Below are positions 1 to 10,891 of a stretch of DNA of 64,000 bases, piece by piece. Each line of letters begins with the position of its first letter. The first letter of the stretch is position 1. Both the position numbers and the translations under genes were made by a program. The DNA lies in assembly GCA_964016885.1 (NCBI GenBank), contig OZ024744.1, positions 131,688,001 to 131,752,000 on the forward strand. Direction: 5' to 3'. The stretch comes from Eledone cirrhosa. Lineage: Eukaryota. The notes beneath the pieces are model-generated. The model saw only the letters and a program-made list of their open reading frames with translations. It searched no databases and had not been told where the DNA came from.

Positions 1-162
1 ACTTAAATTAACCCCAACTTAAATTAACCCCAACTTAACTTAACCCCAACTTAACTTAACCCCAACTTAACTCACACCCAACTTAACTTACCCCCAACTT
101 AACTTAACCCCAACTTGACTTAACCCAAACTTAACTTAACCCCAACTTAACTTAACCCCAAA
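1..162 (-). repeat. Inverted satellite cassette 1 (5' part outside the window)
   Basis: (CTTAACTTAACCCCAA)n with the diagnostic CTCACACCC (71-79) and TACCCCC (89-95) variants; ends at the CCCCAAA|TTCGGGG junction (centre 162/163). Confidence 0.97.
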
Positions 163-2125
163 TTCGGGGTTAAGTTAAGTTGGGGTTAAGTTAAGTTAGG
201 CTTAACTTAAGTTGGGGTTAAGTTAAGTTGGGGGTAAGTTAAGTTCTGGGTAAGTTAAGTTGGGGTTAAGTTGGGGTTAATTTAAGTTAGGGTTAAGTTA
301 AGTTGGGGTTGAGTTAAGTTGGGGTTAAGTTAAGTTGGGGTTAAGTTAAGTTGGGGTCAAGTTAAGTTGGGGTTAAAATTAAGTTGGGGTTAAGTCAAGT
401 TGGGGTTAAGTTAAGTTGGGGTTAATTTAGTTGGGGTTAAGTTAAGTTGGGGCTAAGTTAATTTGGGGCTAAGTTAAGTTGGGGCTAAGTTAAGTTGGGG
501 TTAAGTTAAGTTGGGGTTAAGTTAAGTTGGGGTTAATTTAAATTGGGGTTAAGTTAACTTTGTGGTTAAGTTAAGTTGGGGTTAAGTTAAGTTGGGGCTA
601 AGTTAAGTTGGGGTTAAGTTAAGTTGGGGTTAAGTTAAGTTGGGGTTGAGTTAAGTTGGGGTTGAGTGAAGTTGGGGTTAAGTTAAGTTGGCGTTAAGTT
701 AAGTTGGGGTTGAGTTAAGTTGGGGTTGAGTTAATTTAGGGTTAAGTTAAGTTGGGGTTAAGTTAAGTTGGGTTTAAGTTAAGTTGGGGTTAAATTAAGT
801 TGGGGTTAAATTAAGTTGGGGTTAAGTTAAGTTGGGGGTAAGTTAAGTTGGGGTTAAGTTAAGTTGGGGTTCAGTTAAGTTAGGGTTAAGTTAAGTTTGG
901 GTTAAGTTGGGGTTAAATTAAGTTGGGGTTAAGTTAAGTTGGGGTTTAGTTAAGTTGGAGTTAAGTTAAGTTGGGGTTAATTTAAGTTGGGGTTAAGTTA
1001 AGTTGGTGTTAAGTTAAGTGGTGGTTATGTTAAGTTGGGGTTAAGTTAAGTTGGGGTTAATTTAAATTGGGGTTAAGTTAACTTTGTGGTTAAGTTAAGT
1101 TGGGGTTAAGTTAAGTTGGGGTTAAGTTAAGTTGGGGTTGAGTTAAGTTGGGGTTGAGTGAAGTTGGGGTTAAGTTAAGTTGGGGTTAATTTAAGTTGGG
1201 GTTAAGTTAAGTCGGGGTTAAGTTAAGTTGGGGTTGAGTTAAGTTGGTGTTAATTTAAGTTGGGGCTAAGTTAATTTGTGGTTAAGTTAAGTTGGGGTTA
1301 AGTTAAGTTGGGGTTAAGTTAAGTTGGGGTTGAGTTAAGTTGGGGTTGAGTTAATTTAGGGTTAAGTTAAGTTGGGGTTAAGTTAAGTTGGGTTTAAGTT
1401 AAGTTGGGGTTAAATTAAGTTGGGGTTAAGTTAAGTTGGGGGTAAGTTAAGTTGGGGGCAAGTTAAGTTGGGGTTCAGTTAAGTTGGGGTTAAATTAAGT
1501 TGGGGTTAAGTTTAGTTGGTGTTAAGTTAAGTTGGGGTTTATTTAAGTTGGGGTTAATTAAGTTGGGGTTAAGTTAAGTTGGGGTTAAGTTAAGTTGGGG
1601 TTAATTTAAGTTGGGGTTGAGTTAAGTTGGGGTTAAGTTAAGTTGGGTTTATATTAAGTTGGGGTTAAGTTAAGTTGGGGTTAAGTTAAGTTGGGGTTCA
1701 GTTAAGTTGCGGTTAAGTTAAGTTGGGGTTAAGTTAAGTTGGGGTTAAGTTAAGTTGGGGTTAAGTTAAGTTGGGGTTAAGTTAAGTTGGTGTTAAGTTA
1801 AGTTGGGGCTGAGTTAAGTTGGGGCTGAGTTAAGTTGGGGTTAAGTTAAGTTGGGGTTGAGTTAAGTTGGGGTTAAGTTAAGTTGGGGTTAAGTTAAGTT
1901 GGGGTTAAGTTAAGTTGGGGTCAAGTTAAGCTGGGGTTAAGTTAAGTTGGGGTTAAGCTAAGTTGGGGTTAAGTTAATTTGGGGTTCAGTTAAGTTGGGG
2001 TTAAGTCAAGTTGGGGTTAAGTTGTGGTTAAATTAATTTGGGGTTAAGTTAAGTTGGGGTTAAGTTAAGTTGGGGTTAAGTTAAGTTGGGGTTAAGTTAA
2101 TTTGTGGTTAAGTTAAGTTGGGGTT

Positions 2126-2518
2126 AACCCCAACTTCACTCAACCCCACCTTAACTCAACCCCAACTTAACTTAACCCCAACTTCACTCAACCCCAACTT
2201 AACTCAACCCCAACTGAACTTAACCCCAACTTAACTTAACCCTAACTTAACTTAACCCCGACTTAACTTAACTTCGACTTAACTTAACCCCAACTTAACT
2301 TAACCCCAACTTAACTTAACCCCAACTTAACTTAACCACAAATTAAGTTAACCCCAACTTAAATTAACCCCAACTTAAATTAACCCCAACTTAACTTAAC
2401 CCCAACTTAACTTAACCCCAACTTAACTCACACCCAACTTAACTTACCCCCAACTTAACTTAACCCCAACTTGACTTAACCCAAACTTAACTTAACCCCA
2501 ACTTAACTTAACCCCAAA
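2126..2518 (-). repeat. Inverted satellite cassette 2 (393 bp)
   Basis: Left junction GGGGTT|AACCCC at 2125/2126; internal CTTCACTCAACCCCACC and AACTTCGAC; right junction CCCCAAA|TTCGGGG. Confidence 0.97.
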
Positions 2519-5265
2519 TTCGGGGTTAAGTTAAGTTGGGGTTAAGTTAAGTTAGGCTTAACTTAAGTTGGGGTTAAGTTAAGTTGGGGGTAAGTTAAGT
2601 TCTGGGTAAGTTAAGTTGGGGTTAAGTTGGGGTTAATTTAAGTTAGGGTTAAGTTAAGTTGGGGTTGAGTTAAGTTGGGGTTAAGTTAAGTTGGGGTTAA
2701 GTTAAGTTGGGGTCAAGTTAAGTTGGGGTTAAAATTAAGTTGGGGTTAAGTCAAGTTGGGGTTAAGTTAAGTTGGGGTTAATTTAGTTGGGGTTAAGTTA
2801 AGTTGGGGCTAAGTTAATTTGGGGCTAAGTTAAGTTGGGGCTAAGTTAAGTTGGGGTTAAGTTAAGTTGGGGTTAAGTTAAGTTGGGGTTAATTTAAATT
2901 GGGGTTAAGTTAACTTTGTGGTTAAGTTAAGTTGGGGTTAAGTTAAGTTGGGGCTAAGTTAAGTTGGGGTTAAGTTAAGTTGGGGTTAAGTTAAGTTGGG
3001 GTTGAGTTAAGTTGGGGTTGAGTGAAGTTGGGGTTAAGTTAAGTTGGGGTTAAGTTAAGTTGGCGTTAAGTTAAGTTGGGGTTGAGTTAAGTTGGGGTTG
3101 AGTTAATTTAGGGTTAAGTTAAGTTGGGGTTAAGTTAAGTTGGGTTTAAGTTAAGTTGGGGTTAAATTAAGTTGGGGTTAAATTAAGTTGGGGTTAAGTT
3201 AAGTTGGGGGTAAGTTAAGTTGGGGTTAAGTTAAGTTGGGGTTCAGTTAAGTTAGGGTTAAGTTAAGTTTGGGTTAAGTTGGGGTTAAATTAAGTTGGGG
3301 TTAAGTTAAGTTGGGGTTTAGTTAAGTTGGAGTTAAGTTAATTTGGGGTTAATTTAAGTTGGGGTTAAGTTAAGTTGGTGTTAAGTTAAGTGGTGGTTAT
3401 GTTAAGTTGGGGTTAAGTTAAGTTGGGGTTAATTTAAATTGGGGTTAAGTTAACTTTGTGGTTAAGTTAAGTTGGGGTTAAGTTAAGTTGGGGTTAAGTT
3501 AAGTTGGGGTTGAGTTAAGTTGGGGTTGAGTGAAGTTGGGGTTAAGTTAAGTTGGGGTTAATTTAAGTTGGGGTTAAGTTAAGTCGGGGTTAAGTTAAGT
3601 TGGGGTTGAGTTAAGTTGGGGTTGAGTTAAGTTGGGGTTGAGTTAATTTAGGGTTAAGTTAAGTTGGGGTTAAGTTAAGTTGGGTTTAAGTTAAGTTGGG
3701 GTTAAATTAAGTTGGGGTTAAGTTAAGTTGGGGGTAAGTTAAGTTGGGGGCAAGTTAAGTTGGGGTTCAGTTAAGTTGGGGTTAAATTAAGTTGGGGTTA
3801 AGTTTAGTTGGTGTTAAGTTAAGTTGGGGTTTATTTAAGTTGGGGTTAATTAAGTTGGGGTTAAGTTAAGTTGGGGTTAAGTTAAGTTGGGGTTAATTTA
3901 AGTTGGGGTTGAGTTAAGTTGGGGTTAAGTTAAGTTGGGTTTATATTAAGTTGGGGTTAAGTTAAGTTGGGGTTAAGTTAAGTTGGGGTTCAGTTAAGTT
4001 GCGGTTAAGTTAAGTTGGTGTTAAGTTAAGTTGGGGCTGAGTTAAGTTGGGGCTGAGTTAAGTTGGGGTTAAGTTAAGTTGGGGTTGAGTTAAGTTGGGG
4101 TTAAGTTAAGTTGGGGTTAAGTTAAGTTGGGGTTAAGTTAAGTTGGGGTTAAGTTAAGTTGGGGTTTAGTTAAGTTGGGGTTCAGTTAAGTTGGGGTTAA
4201 GTTAAGTTTGGGTTAAGTTGGGGTTAAATTAATTTGGGGTTAAGTTAAGTTGGGGTTTAGTTTAGTTGGGGTTAATTTAAGTTGGGGTTAAGTTAAGTTG
4301 CGGGTAATTTAAGTTGGGGTTAAGTTAAGTTGCGGTTAAGTTAAGTTGGGGTTAAGTTAAGTTGGGGTTAAGTTAAATTGGGGTTAAGTTAATTTGGGGT
4401 TGAGTTAAGTTGGGGTTAAGTTAAGTTGGGGTTATGTTAAGTTGGGGTTAATTTAAGTTGCGGTTAAGTTAAGTTGGGGTTAAGTTGGGGTTAAGTTAAG
4501 TGGTGGTTATGTTAAGTTGGGGTTAAGTTAAGTTGGGTTTAATTTAAATTGGGGTTAAGTTAACTTTGTGGTTAAGTTAAGTTGGGGCTAAATTAAGTTG
4601 GGGCTAAGTTAAGTTGGGGCTAAGTTAAGTTGGGGTTCAGTTAAGTTGGGGTTAAGTTAAGTTTGGGTTAAGTTGGGGTTAAATTAAGTTGGGGTTAAGT
4701 TAAGTTGGGGTTTAGTTAAGTTGGGGTTAAGTTAAGTTGGGGTTAATTTAAGTTGGGGTTAAGTTAAGTGGTGGTTATGTTAAGTTGGGGTTAAGTTAAG
4801 TTGGGGTTAATTTAAATTGGGGTTAAGTTAACTTTGTGGTTAAGTTAAGTTGGGGTTAAGTTAAGTTGGGGTTAAGTTAAGTTGGGGTTCAGTTAAGTTG
4901 CGGTTAAGTTAAGTTGCGGTTAAGTTAAGTTGGGGTTAATTTAAGTTGGGGTTAAGTTAAGTTGGGGTCAAGTTAAGCTGGGGTTAAGTTAAGTTGGGGT
5001 TAAGTTAAGTTGGTTAGTTAAGTTGAGTTTAAGTTAAGTTGGGGTTAATTTAAGTTGGGTTTAAGTTAAGTTGGGGTTAAGTTAAGTTGGGGTTAAGTTA
5101 AGTTGGGGTTAAGTTAATTTGGGGTTCAGTTAAGTTGGGGTTAAGTCAAGTTGGGATTAAGTTGGGGTTAAATTAATTTGGGGTTAAGTTAAGTTGGGGT
5201 TAAGTTAAGTTGGGGTTAAGTTAAGTTGGGGTTAAGTTAATTTGTGGTTAAGTTAAGTTGGGGTT

Positions 5266-5685
5266 AACCCCAACTTCACTCAACCCCACCTTAACTCAAC
5301 CCCAACTTAACTTAACCCCAACTTCACTCAACCCCAACTTAACTTAACCCCAACTTCACTCAACCCCAACTTAACTCAACCCCAACTTAACTTAACCCCA
5401 ACTTAACTTAACCCTAACTTAACTTAACCCCGACTTAACTTAACTTCGACTTAACTTAACCCCAACTTAACCCCAACTTAACTTAACCCCAACTTAACTT
5501 AACCACAAATTAACTTAACCCCAACTTAAATTAACCCCAACTTAAATTAACCACAACTTAACTTAACCCCAACTTAACTTAACCCCAATTTAACTCACAC
5601 CCAACTTAACTTACCCCCAACTTAACTTAACCCCAACTTGACTTAACCCAAACTTAACTTAACCCCAACTTAACTTAACCCCAAA
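5266..5685 (-). repeat. Inverted satellite cassette 3 (420 bp)
   Basis: Same junctions and diagnostic variants as cassette 2; contains one 11-bp monomer. Confidence 0.97.
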
Positions 5686-8058
5686 TTCGGGGTTAAGTTA
5701 AGTTGGGGTTCAGTTAAGTTAGGCTTAACTTAAGTTGGGGTTAAGTTAAGTTGGGGGTAAGTTAAGTTCTGGGTAAGTTAAGTTGGGGTTAATTTAAGTT
5801 GGGGTTAATTTAAGTTAAGGTTAAGTTAAGTTGGGGTTGAGTTAAGTTGGGGTTAAGTTAAGTTGGAGTTAAGTTAAGTTGGGGTCAAGTTAAGTTGGGG
5901 TTAAAATTAAGTTGGGGTTAAGTCAAGTTGGGGTTAAGTTAAGTTGGGGTTAATTTAGTTGGGGTTAAGTTAAGTTGGGGCTAAGTTAAGTTGGGGCTAA
6001 GTTAAGTTGGGGCTAAGTTAAGTTGGGGTTAATTTAAATTGGGGTTAAGTTAACTTTGTGGTTAAGTTAAGTTGGGGTTAAGTTAAGTTGGGGCTAAGTT
6101 AAGTTGGGGTTAAGTTAAGTTGGGGTTAAGTTAAGTTGGGGTTGAGTTAAGTTGGGGTTGAGTGAAGTTGGGGTTAAGTTAAGTTGGGGTTAAGTTAAGT
6201 TGGCGTTAAGTTAAGTTGGGGTTGAGTTAAGTTGGGGTTGAGTTAATTTAGGGTTAAGTTAAGTTGGGGTTAAGTTAAGTTGGGTTTAAGTTAAGTTGGG
6301 GTTAAATTAAGTTGGGGTTAAATTAAGTTGGGGTTAAGTTAAGTTGGGGCTAAGTTAAGTTGGGGTTAAGTTAAGTTGGGGTTAAGTTAAGTTGGGGTTA
6401 AGTTAAGTTGGGGTTAAGTTAAGTTGGGGGTAAGTTAAGTTGGGGGTAAGTTAAGTTGGGGTTAAGTTAAGTTGGGGTTAAGTTAAGTTAGGGTTAAGTT
6501 AAGTTGGGGTTGAGTTAAGTTGGGGTTAAGTTAAGTTGATGTTATGTTAAGTTGGGGTTAAGTTAAGTTGCGGTTAAGTTAAGTTGGGGTTAAGTTAAGT
6601 TGGGGTTAAGTTAAATTGGGGTTAAGTTAAGTTGGGGTTGAGTTAAGTTGGGGTTAAGTTAAGTTGGGGTTATGTTAAGTTGGGGTTAATTTAAGTTGCG
6701 GTTAAGTTAAGTTGGGGTTAAGTTGGGGTTAAGTTAAGTTGGGGTTAAGTTAAGTTGGGGTTGAGTTAAGTTGGGGTTGAGTGAAGTTGGGGTTAAGTTA
6801 AGTTGGGGTTAAGTTAAGTTGGCGTTAAGTTTAGTTGGTGTTAAGTTAAGTTGGGGTTTATTTAAGTTGGGGTTAAGTTAAGTTGGGGTTAAGTTAAGTT
6901 GGGTTTAAGTTAAGTTGGGGTTAAATTAAGTTGGGGTTAAATTAAGTTGGGGTTAAGTTAAGTTGGGGCTAAGTTAAGTTGGGGTTAAGTTAAGTTGGGG
7001 TTAAGTTAAGTTGGGGTTAAGTTAAGTTGGGGTTAAGTTAAGTTGGGGGTAAGTTAAGTTGGGGGTAAGTTAAGTTGGGGTTAAGTTAAGTTGGGGTTAA
7101 GTTAAGTTAGGGTTAAGTTAAGTTGGGGTTGAGTTAAGTTGGGGTTAAGTTAAGTTGATGTTATGTTAAGTTGGGGTTAAGTTAAGTTGCGGTTAAGTTA
7201 AGTTGGGGTTAAGTTAAGTTGGGGTTAAGTTAAATCGGGGTTAAGTTAAGTTGGGGTTGAGTTAAGTTGGGGTTAAGTTAAGTTGGGGTTATGTTAAGTT
7301 GGGGTTAATTTAAGTTGCGGTTAAGTTAAGTTGGGGTTAAGTTGGGGTTAAGTTAAGTGGTGGTTATGTTAAGTTGGGGTTAAGTTAAGTTGGGGTTAAT
7401 TTAAATTGGGGTTAAGTTAACTTTGTGGTTAAGTTAAGTTGGGGCTAAATTAAGTTGGGGCTAAGTTAAGTTGGGGCTAAGTTAAGTTGGGGTTCAGTTA
7501 AGTTGGGGTTAAGTTAAGTTTGGGTTAAGTTGGGGTTAAATTAAGTTGGGGTTAATTTAAGTTGGGGTTAAGTTAAGTGGTGGTTATGTTAAGTTGGGGT
7601 TAAGTTAAGTTGGAGTTAATTTAAATTGGGGTTAAGTTAACTTTGTGGTTAAGTTAAGTTGGGGTTAAGTTAAGTTGGGGTTAAGTTAAGTTGGGGTTCA
7701 GTTAAGTTGCGGTTAAGTTAAGTTGCGGTTAAGTTAAGTTGGGGTTAAGTTAAGTTGGGGTTAAGTTAAGTTGGGGTTAAGTTAAGTTGGTTAGTTAAGT
7801 TGAGTTTAAGTTAAGTTGGGGTTAATTTAAGTTGGGTTTAAGTTAAGTTGGGGTTAAGTTAAGTTGGGGTTAAGTTAAGTTGGGGTTAAGTTAATTTGGG
7901 GTTCAGTTAAGTTGGGGTTAAGTCAAGTTGGGGTTAAGTTGGGGTTAAATTAATTTGGGGTTAAGTTAAGTTGGGGTTAAGTTAAGTTGGGGTTAAGTTA
8001 AGTTGGGGTTAAGTTAAGTTGGGGTTAAGTTAATTTGTGGTTAAGTTAAGTTGGGTTT

Positions 8059-8451
8059 AACCCCAACTTCACTCAACCCCACCTTAACTCAACCCCAACT
8101 TAACTTAATCCCAACTTCACTCAACCCCAACTTAACTTAACCCCAACTTCACTCAACCCCAACTTAACTTAACCCCAACTTAACTTAACCCTAACTTAAC
8201 TTAACCCCGACTTAACTTAACTTCGACTTAACTTAACCCCAACTTAACTTAACCCCAACTTAACTTAACCCCAACTTAACTTAACCACAAATTAACTTAA
8301 CCCCAACTTAAATTAACCCCAACTTAAATTAACCCCAACTTAACTTAACCCCAACTTAACTTAACCCCAACTTAACTCACACCCAACTTAACTTACCCCC
8401 AACTTAACTTAACCCCAACTTGACTTAACCCCAACTTAACTTAACCCCAAA
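8059..8451 (-). repeat. Inverted satellite cassette 4 (393 bp)
   Basis: Left junction variant GGGTTT|AACCCC; carries the TTAATCCCAAC variant; standard right junction. Confidence 0.97.
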
Positions 8452-10482
8452 TTCGGGGTTAAGTTAAGTTGGGGTTAACTTAAGTTGGGGTTAATTTAAG
8501 TTGGGGTTAAGTTAAGTCGGGGTTAAGTTAAGTTAGGCTTAACTTAAGTTGGGGTTAAGTTAAGTTGGGGGTAAGTTAAGTTCTGGGTAAGTTAAGTTGG
8601 GGTTAAGTTAAGTTGGGGTTAAGTTGGAGTTAATTTAAGTTAGGGTTAAGTTAAGTTGGGGTTGAGTTAAGTTGGGGTTAAGTTAAGTTGGGGTTAAGTT
8701 AAGTTGGGGTCAAGTTAAGTTGGGGTTAAAATTAAGTTGGGGTTAAGTCAAGTTGGGGTTAAGTTAAGTTGGGGTTAATTTAGTTGGGGTTAAGTTAAGT
8801 TGGGGCTAAGTTAAGTTGGGGCTAAGTTAAGTTGGGGCTAAGTTAAGTTGGGGTTAAGTTAAGTTGGGGTTAAGTTAAGTTGGGGTTAATTTAAATTGGG
8901 GTTAAGTTAACTTTGTGGTTAAGTTAAGTTGGGGTTAAGTTAAGTTGGGGCTAAGTTAAGTTGGGGTTAAGTTAAGTTGGGGTTAAGTTAAGTTGGGGTT
9001 GAGTTAAGTTGGGGTTGAGTGAAGTTGGGGTTAAGTTAAGTTGGGGTTAAGATAAGTGGGGTTAAGTTAAGTTGGGGTTGAGTTAAGTTGGGGTTAAGTT
9101 AAGTTGGGGTTATGTTAAGTTGGGGTTAATTTAAGTTGCGGTTAAGTTAAGTTGGGGTTAAGTTGGGGTTAAGTTAAGTTGGGGTTAAGTTAAGTTGGGG
9201 TTGAGTTAAGTTGGGGTTGAGTGAAGTTGGGGTTAAGTTAAGTTGGGGTTAAGTTAAGTTGGCGTTAAGTTAAGTTGGGGTTGAGTTAATTTAGGGTTAA
9301 GTTAAGTTGGGGTTAAGTTAAGTTGGGTTTAAGTTAAGTTGGGGTTAAATTAAGTTGGGGTTAAATTAAGTTGGGGTTAAGTTAAGTTGGGGCTAAGTTA
9401 AGTTGGGGTTAAGTTAAGTTGGGGTTAAGTTAAGTTGGGGTTAAGTTAAGTTGGGGTTAAGTTAAGTTGGGGGTAAGTTAAGTTGGGGGTAAGTTAAGTT
9501 GGGGTTAAGTTAAGTTGGGGTTAAGTTAAGTTAGGGTTAAGTTAAGTTGGGGTTGAGTTAAGTTGGGGTTAAGTTAAGTTGATGTTATGTTAAGTTGGGG
9601 TTAAGTTAAGTTGCGGTTAAGTTAAGTTGGGGTTAAGTTAAGTTGGGGTTAAGTTAAATCGGGGTTAAGTTAAGTTGGGGTTGAGTTAAGTTGGGGTTAA
9701 GTTAAGTTGGGGTTATGTTAAGTTGGGGTTAATTTAAGTTGCGGTTAAGTTAAGTTGGGGTTAAGTTGGGGTTAAGTTAAGTGGTGGTTATGTTAAGTTG
9801 GGGTTAAGTTAAGTTGGGGTTAATTTAAATTGGGGTTAAGTTAACTTTGTGGTTAAGTTAAGTTGGGGCTAAATTAAGTTGGGGCTAAGTTAAGTTGGGG
9901 CTAAGTTAAGTTGGGGTTCAGTTAAGTTGGGGTTAAGTTAAGTTTGGGTTAAGTTGGGGTTAAATTAAGTTGGGGTTAATTTAAGTTGGGGTTAAGTTAA
10001 GTGGTGGTTATGTTAAGTTGGGGTTAAGTTAAGTTGGAGTTAATTTAAATTGGGGTTAAGTTAACTTTGTGGTTAAGTTAAGTTGGGGTTAAGTTAAGTT
10101 GGGGTTAAGTTAAGTTGGGGTTCAGTTAAGTTGCGGTTAAGTTAAGTTGCGGTTAAGTTAAGTTGGGGTTAAGTTAAGTTGGGGTTAAGTTAAGTTGGGG
10201 TTAAGTTAAGTTGGTTAGTTAAGTTGAGTTTAAGTTAAGTTGGGGTTAATTTAAGTTGGGTTTAAGTTAAGTTGGGGTTAAGTTAAGTTGGGGTTAAGTT
10301 AAGTTGGGGTTAAGTTAATTTGGGGTTCAGTTAAGTTGGGGTTAAGTCAAGTTGGGGTTAAGTTGGGGTTAAATTAATTTGGGGTTAAGTTAAGTTGGGG
10401 TTAAGTTAAGTTGGGGTTAAGTTAAGTTGGGGTTAAGTTAAGTTGGGGTTAAGTTAATTTGTGGTTAAGTTAAGTTGGGGTT

Positions 10483-10891
10483 AACCCCAACTTCACTCAA
10501 CCCCACCTTAACTCAACCCCAACTTAACTTAATCCCAACTTCACTCAACCCCAACTTAACTTAACCCCAACTTCACTCAACCCCAACTTAACTTAACCCC
10601 AACTTAACTTAACCCTAACTTAACTTAACCCCGACTTAACTTAACTTCGACTTAACTTAACCCCAACTTAACTTAACCCCAACTTAACTTAACCCCAACT
10701 TAACTTAACCACAAATTAACTCAACCCCAACTTAAATTAACCCCAACTTAAATTAACCCCAACTTAACTTAACCCCAACTTAACTTAACCCCAACTTAAC
10801 TCACACCCAACTTAACTTACCCCCAACTTAACTTAACCCCAACTTGACTTAACCCAAACTTAACTTAACCCCAACTTAACTTAACCCCAAA
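10483..10891 (-). repeat. Inverted satellite cassette 5 (409 bp)
   Basis: Standard junctions; TTAATCCCAAC variant shared with cassettes 4, 6 and 7. Confidence 0.97.

Noticed and set aside
543-566. AAGTTAACTT palindrome in the recurrent TTAACTTTGTGG variant as a regulatory site
   Set aside because: A single G>C change in a TTAA-rich repeat produces it trivially, and its recurrence is explained by duplication.
2115-2136. Thirteen independent telomere-telomere fusion sites
   Set aside because: Shared breakpoints, internal variants and flanks indicate one ancestral event copied by duplication, and each flip reverts within about 0.4 kb.
2126-2518. Cassette as a MITE or piggyBac-type insertion at TTAA
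   Set aside because: It consists entirely of reverse-complement satellite, has no distinct terminal inverted repeats or TTAA target-site duplication at the right end, and always sits in the same flanking context rather than at new sites.
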